DNA of 64,000 nucleotides, taken from positions 32,001-96,000 of the IMG/VR virus record IMGVR_UViG_3300031952_000005. One strand, written 5' to 3'. Of this stretch, positions 55,635-64,000 are shown piece after piece. The first letter of the stretch is position 1. Every line of letters begins with the position of its first letter. Below the pieces are notes generated by a model. The model had not been told where the DNA came from. It was given only the letters and a program-made list of their open reading frames with translations, and did no database searches. This DNA comes from a virus. A program made the translations under genes and the position numbers.

Positions 55635-55635
55635 G

Positions 55636-55782
55636 TTATTTACCTTTAGATTTTATTTTTTTTTCTTGTTTGATCATCTCAGGTGTAGGTTTCTTACCTG
55701 AACCTTTGTTTGCTCTTATGTTATCCCAAAGACCTCTCTGAGAACTAGAACCATCTGCGCGTTTTATCATTTGCTTTGCCAT
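55636..55782 (-). CDS. Small basic protein, 48 aa (absent from the ORF track)
   Basis: MAKQMIKRADGSSSQRGLWDNIRANKGSGKKPTPEMIKQEKKIKSKGK*; tiles between neighbours. Confidence 0.7.
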   Translation of the reverse strand: MAKQMIKRADGSSSQRGLWDNIRANKGSGKKPTPEMIKQEKKIKSKGK

Positions 55783-55794
55783 GACAGTTACTTA

Positions 55795-55938
55795 TTAACA
55801 TTTTTTAGTTTTACCACCCATTCTCATTACAGGAGTAGCAAGACTTTTTGTTGCAATGATTGGTGTTCTTTGTTGTTTACTAATAGGTTTTTTTGCTTCT
55901 GCAGCATCTTTGCCTAACTGTTTTTTATTGAATGACAT
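55795..55938 (-). CDS. Small basic protein, 47 aa, ending MRMGGKTKKC (absent from the ORF track)
   Basis: MSFNKKQLGKDAAEAKKPISKQQRTPIIATKSLATPVMRMGGKTKKC*. Confidence 0.65.
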   Translation of the reverse strand: MSFNKKQLGKDAAEAKKPISKQQRTPIIATKSLATPVMRMGGKTKKC

Positions 55939-55957
55939 ATTTATATAATTTAAATTG

Positions 55958-56974
55958 TTACACGTTCCAATAATGTTCTGTTGTCAATGTGATTTCTGAT
56001 AAGATCTCATCATTCAATGGGTTCTTTAAGAACATAACAACATCAGATGGATTCTTACCTAAACTAGTTCCTGACTTGATATGATAAATAAATCCATCAC
56101 CTCTTGTAGAAATTAATTTATAAAAGTTTGCATCTTTTACAAGTGCTCTTAATTTTAATGTCTCCATGTCTAATGTAGCAATATCTAAGAACTTACCTGC
56201 AGTTTTACGTTTGTCTTTGTCAACTGTATCACCATTAATATAACTATCCATGTTATCATACATTACATCAAGTGGTGTAGATTTTTTATACTGAGTAGAA
56301 TTAGGATCAACTACTTTACATACATAAAATAATTTGTTACTATTTTTCTCAAATAATTTTTGCAATTCAGATAATGCTCTGTTTCTCAGTTTTTTAACTT
56401 CAGTTTTAACAGATGCAGTTTCTTCATATTTATCTAAGTAAAACTTAAATGGAACTGATGCACTTCTTGCAGCTTCTAATGACTTTGCAACTATACTAAA
56501 TCCACCTGCTTCTATACCACGTAGTTTAATCAAATCATATGGATCACCTACAGGATCTAAATAAACAGGTTCATTACCAAATCGCATGGTAATCTTTCCC
56601 CAAAAATCATCATTATCTGGTCTAAGTAATTTACACTTGTTCCAAAACTCTACATCATCAACATTTAAAACATTTGCTGCCAATTCTCTTTCTAATTGTG
56701 CAACAGTTTTTCTAATGTCTTTAATTGCAGCAGCTGCATCATCAGGATTCATAAGTTTTATTTCAGGTGCAAATTCATTTAAACCTGATACATATCTTCT
56801 AATACCATTGTACTCAAGACATGCTAATGATTCTTCATGAAACACTCCTTCAAAGAGTGCCATCTGATACTTTTCTAATCCCATGTTTGCCATCTCGTTA
56901 TCAACGTATGGTCTAATTGTCAATGAACTGTTTCTTTTTAACGACTGGTGTTTGTCGATTACTGTTACTTCCAT
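55958..56974 (-). CDS. Conserved crAss-like head-module protein, 338 aa
   Basis: Long ORF directly downstream of the capsid gene; position equivalent to the conserved post-MCP gene of crAss-like phages; no catalytic motif recognised. Confidence 0.55.
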   Translation of the reverse strand: MEVTVIDKHQSLKRNSSLTIRPYVDNEMANMGLEKYQMALFEGVFHEESLACLEYNGIRRYVSGLNEFAPEIKLMNPDDAAAAIKDIRKTVAQLERELAANVLNVDDVEFWNKCKLLRPDNDDFWGKITMRFGNEPVYLDPVGDPYDLIKLRGIEAGGFSIVAKSLEAARSASVPFKFYLDKYEETASVKTEVKKLRNRALSELQKLFEKNSNKLFYVCKVVDPNSTQYKKSTPLDVMYDNMDSYINGDTVDKDKRKTAGKFLDIATLDMETLKLRALVKDANFYKLISTRGDGFIYHIKSGTSLGKNPSDVVMFLKNPLNDEILSEITLTTEHYWNV

Positions 56975-57019
56975 GTTTGTTTTTTAATTTAATTGACTGC
57001 GTTCTTCTTTCTCTGTTTT

Positions 57020-57162
57020 TTGTAACTACTAGTTTAAAGCTCCTAAACCACGTCAAGGTTGTTACATCTTAGGAGTGCCTGTATTGCTACAGGTTGTTGT
57101 TGACTAATCAACATCGGGGAGAGAGGTTATCTCTTCAACTTGCCATACTATGTACAAGTTAT
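57020..57162 (-). ncRNA. Candidate structured RNA (five consecutive hairpins)
   Basis: Minus strand stems AACUUG/CAAGUU, AGAG/CUCU, UGUUGA-UUAG-UCAACA, CCUGUA-GCAA-UACAGG (GNRA loop), CUCCUAA/UUAGGAG; more GC-rich than the other intergenic regions. Confidence 0.5.
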
Positions 57163-57169
57163 AGCAAAT

Positions 57170-57295
57170 CTAACACTTTTTATACTTACTTGGTGAAGCA
57201 CCTGCAAGTTTTTGTGTTTTTGGACCAGATTGAGGAGAAGTAGGTTTCTTTACTACAATCTTGTTACTCATTGCTGCTTTATTTTTTCCTGTCAT
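57170..57295 (-). CDS. Small basic protein, 41 aa, ending YKKC (absent from the ORF track)
   Basis: MTGKNKAAMSNKIVVKKPTSPQSGPKTQKLAGASPSKYKKC*; no acidic residues; A-rich leader. Confidence 0.6.
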   Translation of the reverse strand: MTGKNKAAMSNKIVVKKPTSPQSGPKTQKLAGASPSKYKKC

Positions 57296-57313
57296 GATTT
57301 CTTATTATTAGTT

Positions 57314-57348
57314 GTACTTACCTGGAGATATTACTTCTCCAGGAGTAC
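57314..57348 (-). other. Strong hairpin immediately 3' of the capsid gene (mRNA stabiliser, processing site or weak terminator)
   Basis: GTACT-CCTGGAGA-AGTAATA-TCTCCAGG-TA-AGTAC; no U-tract follows on the minus strand. Confidence 0.6.
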
Positions 57349-57358
57349 ATTATTAATA

Positions 57359-59011
57359 CTAAAATGATCCACCAGTAATAGGGTTTCTCATAACAATTTT
57401 CAACACTTTAGTTGGATCTTTTACCCAGATACTTGGCATAGTTTGAGTCATAAATACTCTATAACCATTAAAGTTTCCAGAAGATGCAAATCCTTGAGAT
57501 CTACCCATATAGTCCATAGTACCATTTTGGTAGAACCACTTCATCTCGCTATCCCATTTAAGTTTCAACAAAAAGATGTTATCATTTGTATTGTCAGTAA
57601 TATCAAATACAATGAAGTTGTAAGATGATAATGGATATCCATCAATGATAGGATTTTCAATATCATTTGTATGAACGTTGTCAAATGCAGGATTCAATAC
57701 AAATTTCACATTTGCCAAGAAAGGAATTGTGTAAGATGTAAATGCAAATCCAAAGTTTAAGTCCATTGCGTTATTACCAGTAATAGCACCAACACCAGAC
57801 TTATCCATGTTTGCAACAAGTCCATTGTAAGAAGAACCTAAGTTTGCACTAAACGCTTCTTTTTTGATAGACTCATTAACCATTCTCATACCAGCCATAC
57901 CCGTTTGTACAATGATTTGACGACCTGGATCTGGTCCTTTGAATTCTACTTTACCATTGTAGAAGTTGAAGATTTCTGATCTGAACAATTCTAAGTTGAA
58001 AGTAGACTTGTTGTAGATTCTCTTGAATGAGTTATCTAACTGAGACCAAAGTCCTACTGATAATCTAATATCATCTGGACCATCTTGTTTGATTCTACCA
58101 CCTTGTCCCCACATCAAGTAAGTCTCAATGTCATTTGCAACTTTTGATAAGTGAGCTGCTTCAAGGTTTGTAACAAATGAACGAGATAGATTACCATTAT
58201 CATAAGATTTTTTAATCCAATCTTTACCCATTGTTTTTACCATGTCATCAATCTTAGTGATAGATGGATCAAGGTTTTTGTCAAATGATCTCCAGATTTC
58301 AGTTACAGGAACTGTACCATCTGCATTAAGACCACCTTTCATCATCATGTCTGCACGAGATGAGATAGAATAATGTACGTGAGCCTCAGCACCTCCAACA
58401 AAGTTGTAGTATTCTCTGAAACCATTCTGTAATTCTCCGATGTCAGAAAATTTTTCACCATATTCTCCACGAGCAGAACCTTTTCTGAAGAATTTAGTAC
58501 CTGGTTTAAGGTATTTTTTGTCTAACGTAGCAGTGTTATTGTTGTTTACCAACTGTACAGTGTAGATGAAACCATCTCCTGTAGGAAGAATATCTTCTGA
58601 AGGTACAACATACAATTCAAGACCTTTGTATTTGTCATAAGTGATGATATCACCAGAACCAAATATACGTCTGTTGATTTTAATTTTGAACAATACTCCA
58701 TCAGCTCCTAGAGCAGTTTGAGTAGGTTCTACATCTTCAACAATGTAAGGAAGATCTTGTACGATTGGTGTTTGCCATTTGTACTCTCCACGAGCATTGT
58801 CTACCATTATGGTGTTTTTACCACCAAAAGATGCCATCTGATAAAGAGGCATTTCTACCTTTTGCGTCATTGCCCATAAGTCAACAGGTCCTAAATCCAT
58901 AGGTTCTGAAGTCTTTAGCATATTTTGCAAATGGTATGAGTCTACATGCGAACTTACCTTGTAAGTTGTGTCACGCAAGAAGAGACCATTGTTTAAAACA
59001 GGTGTTGCCAT
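57359..59011 (-). CDS. Major capsid protein (crAss-like, HK97 fold), 550 aa
   Basis: Position terminase-portal-acidic protein-MCP; size; codon usage richer in C-ending codons (AAC, TTC, ATC), as expected for a highly expressed gene; E.YLMWG.GG...GLW.QL motif. Confidence 0.85.
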   Translation of the reverse strand: MATPVLNNGLFLRDTTYKVSSHVDSYHLQNMLKTSEPMDLGPVDLWAMTQKVEMPLYQMASFGGKNTIMVDNARGEYKWQTPIVQDLPYIVEDVEPTQTALGADGVLFKIKINRRIFGSGDIITYDKYKGLELYVVPSEDILPTGDGFIYTVQLVNNNNTATLDKKYLKPGTKFFRKGSARGEYGEKFSDIGELQNGFREYYNFVGGAEAHVHYSISSRADMMMKGGLNADGTVPVTEIWRSFDKNLDPSITKIDDMVKTMGKDWIKKSYDNGNLSRSFVTNLEAAHLSKVANDIETYLMWGQGGRIKQDGPDDIRLSVGLWSQLDNSFKRIYNKSTFNLELFRSEIFNFYNGKVEFKGPDPGRQIIVQTGMAGMRMVNESIKKEAFSANLGSSYNGLVANMDKSGVGAITGNNAMDLNFGFAFTSYTIPFLANVKFVLNPAFDNVHTNDIENPIIDGYPLSSYNFIVFDITDNTNDNIFLLKLKWDSEMKWFYQNGTMDYMGRSQGFASSGNFNGYRVFMTQTMPSIWVKDPTKVLKIVMRNPITGGSF

Positions 59012-59054
59012 TGTAATTGATTAATTAAGGTTATTATTATTATTGTTTGTCAAG

Positions 59055-60299
59055 TTATCTTCTAAATATATTTTGAGGTTTACTCAATTTCTTTGTTGGT
59101 ATTTTATCATCTTCTTCTTCTTTAACATAAGAAGATATCTTACGAGCTTCTTCTGTTTTCAGTTTCTTTACTGTTTCTTGTACCACTTCATTCTTTGCTT
59201 GTTTTCTAATGTTTTCTTTATAATCATCTGGATCAGAAAGTAACCATAGTGTTTCAGCAATTAAATCATATCTTGGTTTTTGACCAAACTGATAATCTTC
59301 TAATAGTTTACCAAGCAAGTTGGTTGGTCTACCAGTAAGACTTTCATACTTTACTGTTGTAAGTTCATCCCACAACATCTTTTGTCTTTTACCATCTATT
59401 TTAACACCATTCAACTCAGATGGTTTTAAAGTTTCATATATGTTAGACATATACGCTTCTTTCTTTTGTTGTTGTTGTTGCTTGTATGCTTCTTGTTGTG
59501 CAAGTTTTGATTGAACAACTTCTTCTTGCATGTCATTCAATTTTGGTTGAAACTGTATTGCTTTCTTTTGCAAATTACCATTGTCAAACCATTCTTGAAT
59601 TTGTTCTTCAATTAACTCTTGATCACCACCACCAAATCCAGATGCTTGTAAATATTGTCTAACAATAATTTCCTGATGTTCTGGTTGACGCGCATCAAGT
59701 GATCTTACTTCTTCAACTTGTGAAAGTGCTCTAAATAGACCTTTTAAATCTTGTCCACCTTTAGCAACATACTCTGCAGCATATTGTAATTCTTCAGGTA
59801 AACTTTCAAAGAACTCTTTTGGCGTAGCAGACGCAACTTCATTTTTCATGTTGTCCACATTTGCCTTCCATAAATCTTCAAAATCTTTCTCAGAAAGACC
59901 TCCAAGATATTCATCTAATGATTGTTTAGAATCATCATAATCATCAAAGGCAAACATCTCATTACCTTCAATTCTTTTTTTAAGAAAATCTACTAAACCA
60001 CTTTTATCAGTTTTCTTTCTACCTAATTTTGGTTTATCATCTTCTTCAATTTCTTCACCAGTTTCTAATGCATTGTCTAATTCTGCAATAATATTATTAG
60101 TACTATTTTCATCATCATCTTTTGTATTGTCATCCAAGAAATCCATGTTAACTGATTTGTTGGGAGCAGTAAACAAACTTGGTTTACTATTTTCATCATC
60201 TGATGTTACAATACTTTCTGCACCAGGCATTGGTAAAAAATCGTCAATGTTATCTAATGTAACATTATTAACTGTCAAATTGTCTTTTTCTGAACTCAT
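59055..60299 (-). CDS. Acidic putative scaffolding protein, 414 aa
   Basis: Asp/Glu-rich disordered N-terminus, coiled-coil C-terminus; lies between portal and MCP. Confidence 0.6.
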   Translation of the reverse strand: MSSEKDNLTVNNVTLDNIDDFLPMPGAESIVTSDDENSKPSLFTAPNKSVNMDFLDDNTKDDDENSTNNIIAELDNALETGEEIEEDDKPKLGRKKTDKSGLVDFLKKRIEGNEMFAFDDYDDSKQSLDEYLGGLSEKDFEDLWKANVDNMKNEVASATPKEFFESLPEELQYAAEYVAKGGQDLKGLFRALSQVEEVRSLDARQPEHQEIIVRQYLQASGFGGGDQELIEEQIQEWFDNGNLQKKAIQFQPKLNDMQEEVVQSKLAQQEAYKQQQQQKKEAYMSNIYETLKPSELNGVKIDGKRQKMLWDELTTVKYESLTGRPTNLLGKLLEDYQFGQKPRYDLIAETLWLLSDPDDYKENIRKQAKNEVVQETVKKLKTEEARKISSYVKEEEDDKIPTKKLSKPQNIFRR

Positions 60300-60331
60300 G
60301 TTTTTTGTTATTAGTTTAATTCCTGTTCTTC

Positions 60332-60347
60332 TTCATATATAATCTAC
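60332..60347 (-). promoter_or_regulatory. Putative phage late-promoter motif GTAGATTATATATGAA
   Basis: Degenerate copy in the portal-scaffold intergenic region; adjacent to a 17-bp near-palindrome at 60352-60368. Confidence 0.4.
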
Positions 60348-60421
60348 ATAATAAATTTTTAAGATTTATTAATATGCAATAATATTTTTAACTTTTTTCG
60401 ACTATAACGCTATGATTACTT

Positions 60422-63169
60422 TTACTTCTTTTTCGAAGTACTATTAGCATCATATTTGTTCTTGTTCATTGCAGCAATCTGAACTTGTTTGTCAGCAATA
60501 CGTTCACGTGTTTGTAACTCTTGTGTTTGAATATTTGCTTTACGTTGTTCGTTTACTTGCTGGTTAATTTGTTTATCACGTTGCATTGATGCGTTATCAT
60601 CACGTGCATTCTTTTCATCAAGATACTTTAACGTATCAATATAATCAGATTGTTTGTTCTCATCACGATCTTGCATTGCTGTAAATCCAGCAGAACGTAT
60701 CTCTGCTTCTCGTATATTGTTATCTCTATCCAGTTGATTTTGTTCTGCGTCAAATGCAAGTTTCTTATCTTGTCTTTCAGTTTCTGCTTGTTGCGCCATT
60801 TCAATACCTTGTTGTGTAGCTTGTTGTTCTTGTTGACGTTGAGCATTAACTTTCTCTTCAATTGCTTTAAGAGTATGTGTAATCTCTGCCATAGAATCTG
60901 CTTTAATAATATTACCAAGATCATAAATAGATGCACCAGCAGTATTATTAGATAATGCAAGTGATCTTATCTGTTCAGTAATAGCACGTTGATTTACTTT
61001 TGTAGATGTAAATACATTTAACTCTCTGGACAATAATTCTGTACCATTCATTTCAAAATTTACCTTTTCATCCATTGTGGTCATATACTGCAATCTAACA
61101 CTTGGTCTATTACTATGATAGTATTGTGCAAGGTCTGTACGCATCTGATGCACGCGAGGCATTAAGTGTTCACTATGTTGAACAAAGTACATTTCTGTTT
61201 GCGAGTAAGATGCATTCAATGCTTGTGTTACACCTGTTGCTGTTTCTTGTGAAGTAGGACTACCAAGACGTTGAGGTGTAAGACCTATTAGTTCAAATGC
61301 TTGTGTTTTAAAATAAGTAGATAATTGTATACGAGAAAGTAAACGTTGTGTCTGTTCTAAATTAAGTACTTGATAATGTTGGAAATTAAGAGCATTTTCT
61401 GTATTTGTAATAGAAGTATCAAGAGGTAACATTTGAAAATCTTTCATTGCTACATATGCTTTTGCAAAATTGTTTGCTCCCCAGTCTTCTCCCATAGAGT
61501 GACGTGGTAATGCATTCTGATCTAACATGATTACGGTACCTAACTCATCTACAAGAATATCAGCAATCTGATTATTAACAAGATTGTATCCTATTTGGAA
61601 AGGTTTCATCTTATCAATAAGTGATCTTGACTTAGTATTTCTATCTGAAAATACACGACCTTCTACAGGAAGTTTGCAACCATATAAAGTAAAGTCTCCT
61701 TTGAACTGAAACTTTACAGGACCAATATTAAGGTATATTGGAGCAAATCCCGTACTGTCGTTATTACCATAGAATGATGGTCTATTTGGTCCAATCTTAA
61801 CACCACCCCACGTTTGATTGATCCATATCCAATCAATATGTTCTCCATAAAGTAAATTATCTTTTGATTTGTTTTTTAATACTGTGTTATCATATAATGG
61901 TTTATCAGTAACCTTATAATTCTCATCAATAATCATTTCTAATGGAATACCTTCTTCGTCAATTTTTGTAAGATGTCCCACCATACGTTGTGATTTCCAG
62001 TATACAGTAGTTACACGCAATAATGAATAGTTACTAAAGTCCATTAAATCTTCAGATTCATTTAGTATTCTATAAATAATATCATCACCTGTATTTAATA
62101 TTGCATCTCTATGTGCAACAAATTGACGCATGCCAAGAGAAGGTCCTTCAACATTCCACTCATGAGAACGTGTAGCATCGTAGAATGAACCATCATTTTG
62201 TACACCAGGTAACATGTATCCTGCAGATTTTACTGGATATATTACTTCTAGTGCAGCAAGTTGTTCTTCATTCATCATGTATCCATACTTATCAATGATG
62301 TCAGAAATAGTCATAAGATCCATCCGACCTGCCCAGTTAGATTGAGATATATATCTTGCTTCTGGTGATTTATGATAAAAAGTTAATAGTGGATTCCATA
62401 GTTCTAATTCATAATCATCTTCGCGCATGTTAAAATGCCAAAACTCTCTATCTGTAATAAGCATGTCTTTAAATGCAAGATTCTCAAGTTCTTTCATTGT
62501 AAAACGCTCACTATCAACTTCATGTTGATGTGACGCCCATTGTTCAATCATAGAACGATAATCTTTTTTAAAGAACTGTTCTATTTCTGGTAATGATTTT
62601 ATTTTATCAGGACTCATCATTTCCTGTGCTTGTTTTGCTTGTTCAGGATCTTGCAAATCCATACCCATTTGTTGGATTGTTTGTTGCATTTTTTGTTCAC
62701 CATAATGAACAAGTGTCTCCTCAATCATGCTTCTTTTCATTTCAGCCATTTCATTGAATGACGCGTCATCTACTGCACGATATGTAATTTTATCATTACG
62801 CTTTGCAAATTCACCAGTAAGCACATTTATTACATTTGGTATAATAGGAAAGAATTTTAACTCAAACGCAGACTCGTCTTCTTTTGTAAGAGTGTCAATT
62901 AAATCTGCCATTTCATTATCTTCTTCAATCAGATAGTCAGATTTATCTATAATACCATTTGCAAGTTTGTAGTTCTTCATTAAACGTCTAGCATTACGTC
63001 TAATCATCTTCAGTCCTTGCATTTCATGCCAGTCCATATTCCATGCACCCCATGTTACATCTTTGTCTTTTGTTAACAAAAACTGAACAGGTTGGGTAAT
63101 TGTACCCATTCTGTTATATTCTGATTTTGCACCACTTTTTAGTTGTAGAGCATTATATATTTTTGGCAT
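60422..63169 (-). CDS. Portal protein, 915 aa
   Basis: Immediately downstream of the terminase; FFPIIPNVINVLTGE, SLIDKMKPFQIGYN, ELIGLTPQRLG...ETATGV motifs; Gln-rich coiled-coil C-terminus typical of P22-like / crAss portals. Confidence 0.85.
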   Translation of the reverse strand: MPKIYNALQLKSGAKSEYNRMGTITQPVQFLLTKDKDVTWGAWNMDWHEMQGLKMIRRNARRLMKNYKLANGIIDKSDYLIEEDNEMADLIDTLTKEDESAFELKFFPIIPNVINVLTGEFAKRNDKITYRAVDDASFNEMAEMKRSMIEETLVHYGEQKMQQTIQQMGMDLQDPEQAKQAQEMMSPDKIKSLPEIEQFFKKDYRSMIEQWASHQHEVDSERFTMKELENLAFKDMLITDREFWHFNMREDDYELELWNPLLTFYHKSPEARYISQSNWAGRMDLMTISDIIDKYGYMMNEEQLAALEVIYPVKSAGYMLPGVQNDGSFYDATRSHEWNVEGPSLGMRQFVAHRDAILNTGDDIIYRILNESEDLMDFSNYSLLRVTTVYWKSQRMVGHLTKIDEEGIPLEMIIDENYKVTDKPLYDNTVLKNKSKDNLLYGEHIDWIWINQTWGGVKIGPNRPSFYGNNDSTGFAPIYLNIGPVKFQFKGDFTLYGCKLPVEGRVFSDRNTKSRSLIDKMKPFQIGYNLVNNQIADILVDELGTVIMLDQNALPRHSMGEDWGANNFAKAYVAMKDFQMLPLDTSITNTENALNFQHYQVLNLEQTQRLLSRIQLSTYFKTQAFELIGLTPQRLGSPTSQETATGVTQALNASYSQTEMYFVQHSEHLMPRVHQMRTDLAQYYHSNRPSVRLQYMTTMDEKVNFEMNGTELLSRELNVFTSTKVNQRAITEQIRSLALSNNTAGASIYDLGNIIKADSMAEITHTLKAIEEKVNAQRQQEQQATQQGIEMAQQAETERQDKKLAFDAEQNQLDRDNNIREAEIRSAGFTAMQDRDENKQSDYIDTLKYLDEKNARDDNASMQRDKQINQQVNEQRKANIQTQELQTRERIADKQVQIAAMNKNKYDANSTSKKK

Positions 63170-63200
63170 AATTTATATATTTTGACGAAGTTATATATTA

Positions 63201-64000
63201 TTATTTAATATTTTTAAATGGATTGTATGGTTTTCTTACTGTTTCTTTATTACCAAACATAGACTTACCAGAAGTACCAATATGCTTAAAAGGACTCACT
63301 CTTAATTTAGCATATTTATTTGACTTTTGCAAATTATCATCTTCTCTTTCAATACGTTTGGTGTATCCACGATTAGATTGTTGTACTTTTGCAAATGCAA
63401 CTAATGCACAAAATGCTACAATTCTATCTACGTTTAATCCATCTCGATATGCTGCCATTTCTTTAAGTAACATAATATCAGGTATTCTTTCTACACCATA
63501 TGTAGTTTTTACAATAGTACCATCTGTTTTTGTTTCATGATCTAACTCTTCTTCAAGAAACTGTTTACCATAAGGTATTATATTTCCTTTAAACATTGTA
63601 CCTACGTTTTTCCAACCATACTCTTGAAACACATTCATATTTGCTTGTATTTCTTTTAAGAACATAATCTGATTTTTTGGAACCAAATACTTTTGCTTTC
63701 TACGTGCAATCATGTGCTGAATAAATGCACTAACGTTATTTTCACATATTGTCCAAGCATTATACCACTCTATTATAAGTTCGAGTCTCTCGTGCGTTTT
63801 ATTTAAGTCATCAAATCTTCCACACCATGCAGCAACAATTTTGTCTCCTTCAATTGCAGATTCAATTGTACCATCTGATTTATGTGTAGTAATTTCTTGT
63901 GATGTTTTATAAATATATATAGAACACAAAGAGTCAGAAGTATTTGTTTTACCTTCTGCAACAGGATCGACAGAACCATAATACATTCCAAAACCAGGAT
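63201..64000 (-). CDS. terL: Terminase large subunit, C-terminal RNase H-like nuclease domain (partial; frame open to the right edge)
   Basis: YYGSVDPV...SDSLCSIYIYK, YNAWTICENN, NVDRIVAF motifs; upstream of the portal. Confidence 0.85.
   Translation of the reverse strand, partial: PGFGMYYGSVDPVAEGKTNTSDSLCSIYIYKTSQEITTHKSDGTIESAIEGDKIVAAWCGRFDDLNKTHERLELIIEWYNAWTICENNVSAFIQHMIARRKQKYLVPKNQIMFLKEIQANMNVFQEYGWKNVGTMFKGNIIPYGKQFLEEELDHETKTDGTIVKTTYGVERIPDIMLLKEMAAYRDGLNVDRIVAFCALVAFAKVQQSNRGYTKRIEREDDNLQKSNKYAKLRVSPFKHIGTSGKSMFGNKETVRKPYNPFKNIK

Noticed and set aside
57020-57162. Identification of the hairpin region as a tRNA, CRISPR array, DGR template repeat, or pistol/hammerhead ribozyme
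   Set aside because: No cloverleaf or T-loop, no repeat-spacer periodicity, no similarity to the 49139-49280 region, no CUGAUGA/GAAA core; resemblance to pistol is limited to a few bases and lacks its P1 stem.
57314-57348. Calling the post-MCP hairpin an intrinsic terminator
   Set aside because: Strong stem but no U-tract on the coding strand; kept only as a generic hairpin.
52560-57361. Stop-codon reassignment or readthrough (known in some crAss-like phages); MCP and the 543-aa gene end in TAG
   Set aside because: Genes up to 12 kb are uninterrupted under the standard code, and both TAGs are followed two codons later by an in-frame TAA, so readthrough would add almost nothing.
1306-63540. 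Numerous plus-strand ORFs of 60-231 aa and short alternative-frame minus-strand ORFs in the ORF track
   Set aside because: All overlap long minus-strand genes, show antisense-shadow composition (Ser/Leu/Phe-rich) and contain no motifs.

Overview
This AT-rich window is the virion (late) gene block of a large tailed dsDNA bacteriophage of the crAss-like / Bacteroidota podophage type. All credible genes lie on the minus strand, tile tightly, use the standard genetic code and lack Shine-Dalgarno motifs. In transcription order (right to left): terminase large subunit (partial), portal, acidic scaffold-like protein, major capsid protein, a multi-hairpin non-coding element, conserved head/neck proteins, four small basic proteins, a Dps/ferritin-like protein, a Cys-rich block of surface/adhesin proteins (Fib_succ_major + DUF1566 lectin-fold protein; a thrombospondin-1 + PKD + LRR protein), a metallophosphoesterase, an HU/IHF-like protein, tail ring/tubular and muzzle proteins, four modular low-complexity cargo proteins, then ejection proteins of 881, 1604, 4014 (single-chain two-barrel virion RNA polymerase with a zincin domain) and 1970 aa (PD-(D/E)XK nuclease + TM), and a partial tail fibre gene. 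Two patterns look like undescribed systems. (1) The three giant, almost Cys-free ejection proteins carry matched terminal Cys-containing motifs exactly at the junctions between consecutive gene products, suggesting a head-to-tail docked or disulfide-linked chain. (2) Four adjacent cargo proteins are punctuated by a recurrent xxGG / LPxAQxG motif that brackets swappable modules (zincins, Zn ribbon, NlpC/P60, lysozyme-like), suggesting a packaging-tag or polyprotein-processing system. Also notable: thrombospondin type-1 repeats in a phage protein, a DGR-like variable-region footprint with no TR/RT in the window, a shared late-promoter motif and a candidate structured ncRNA. Family assignments come from motif recognition and gene order only; no database searches were run.
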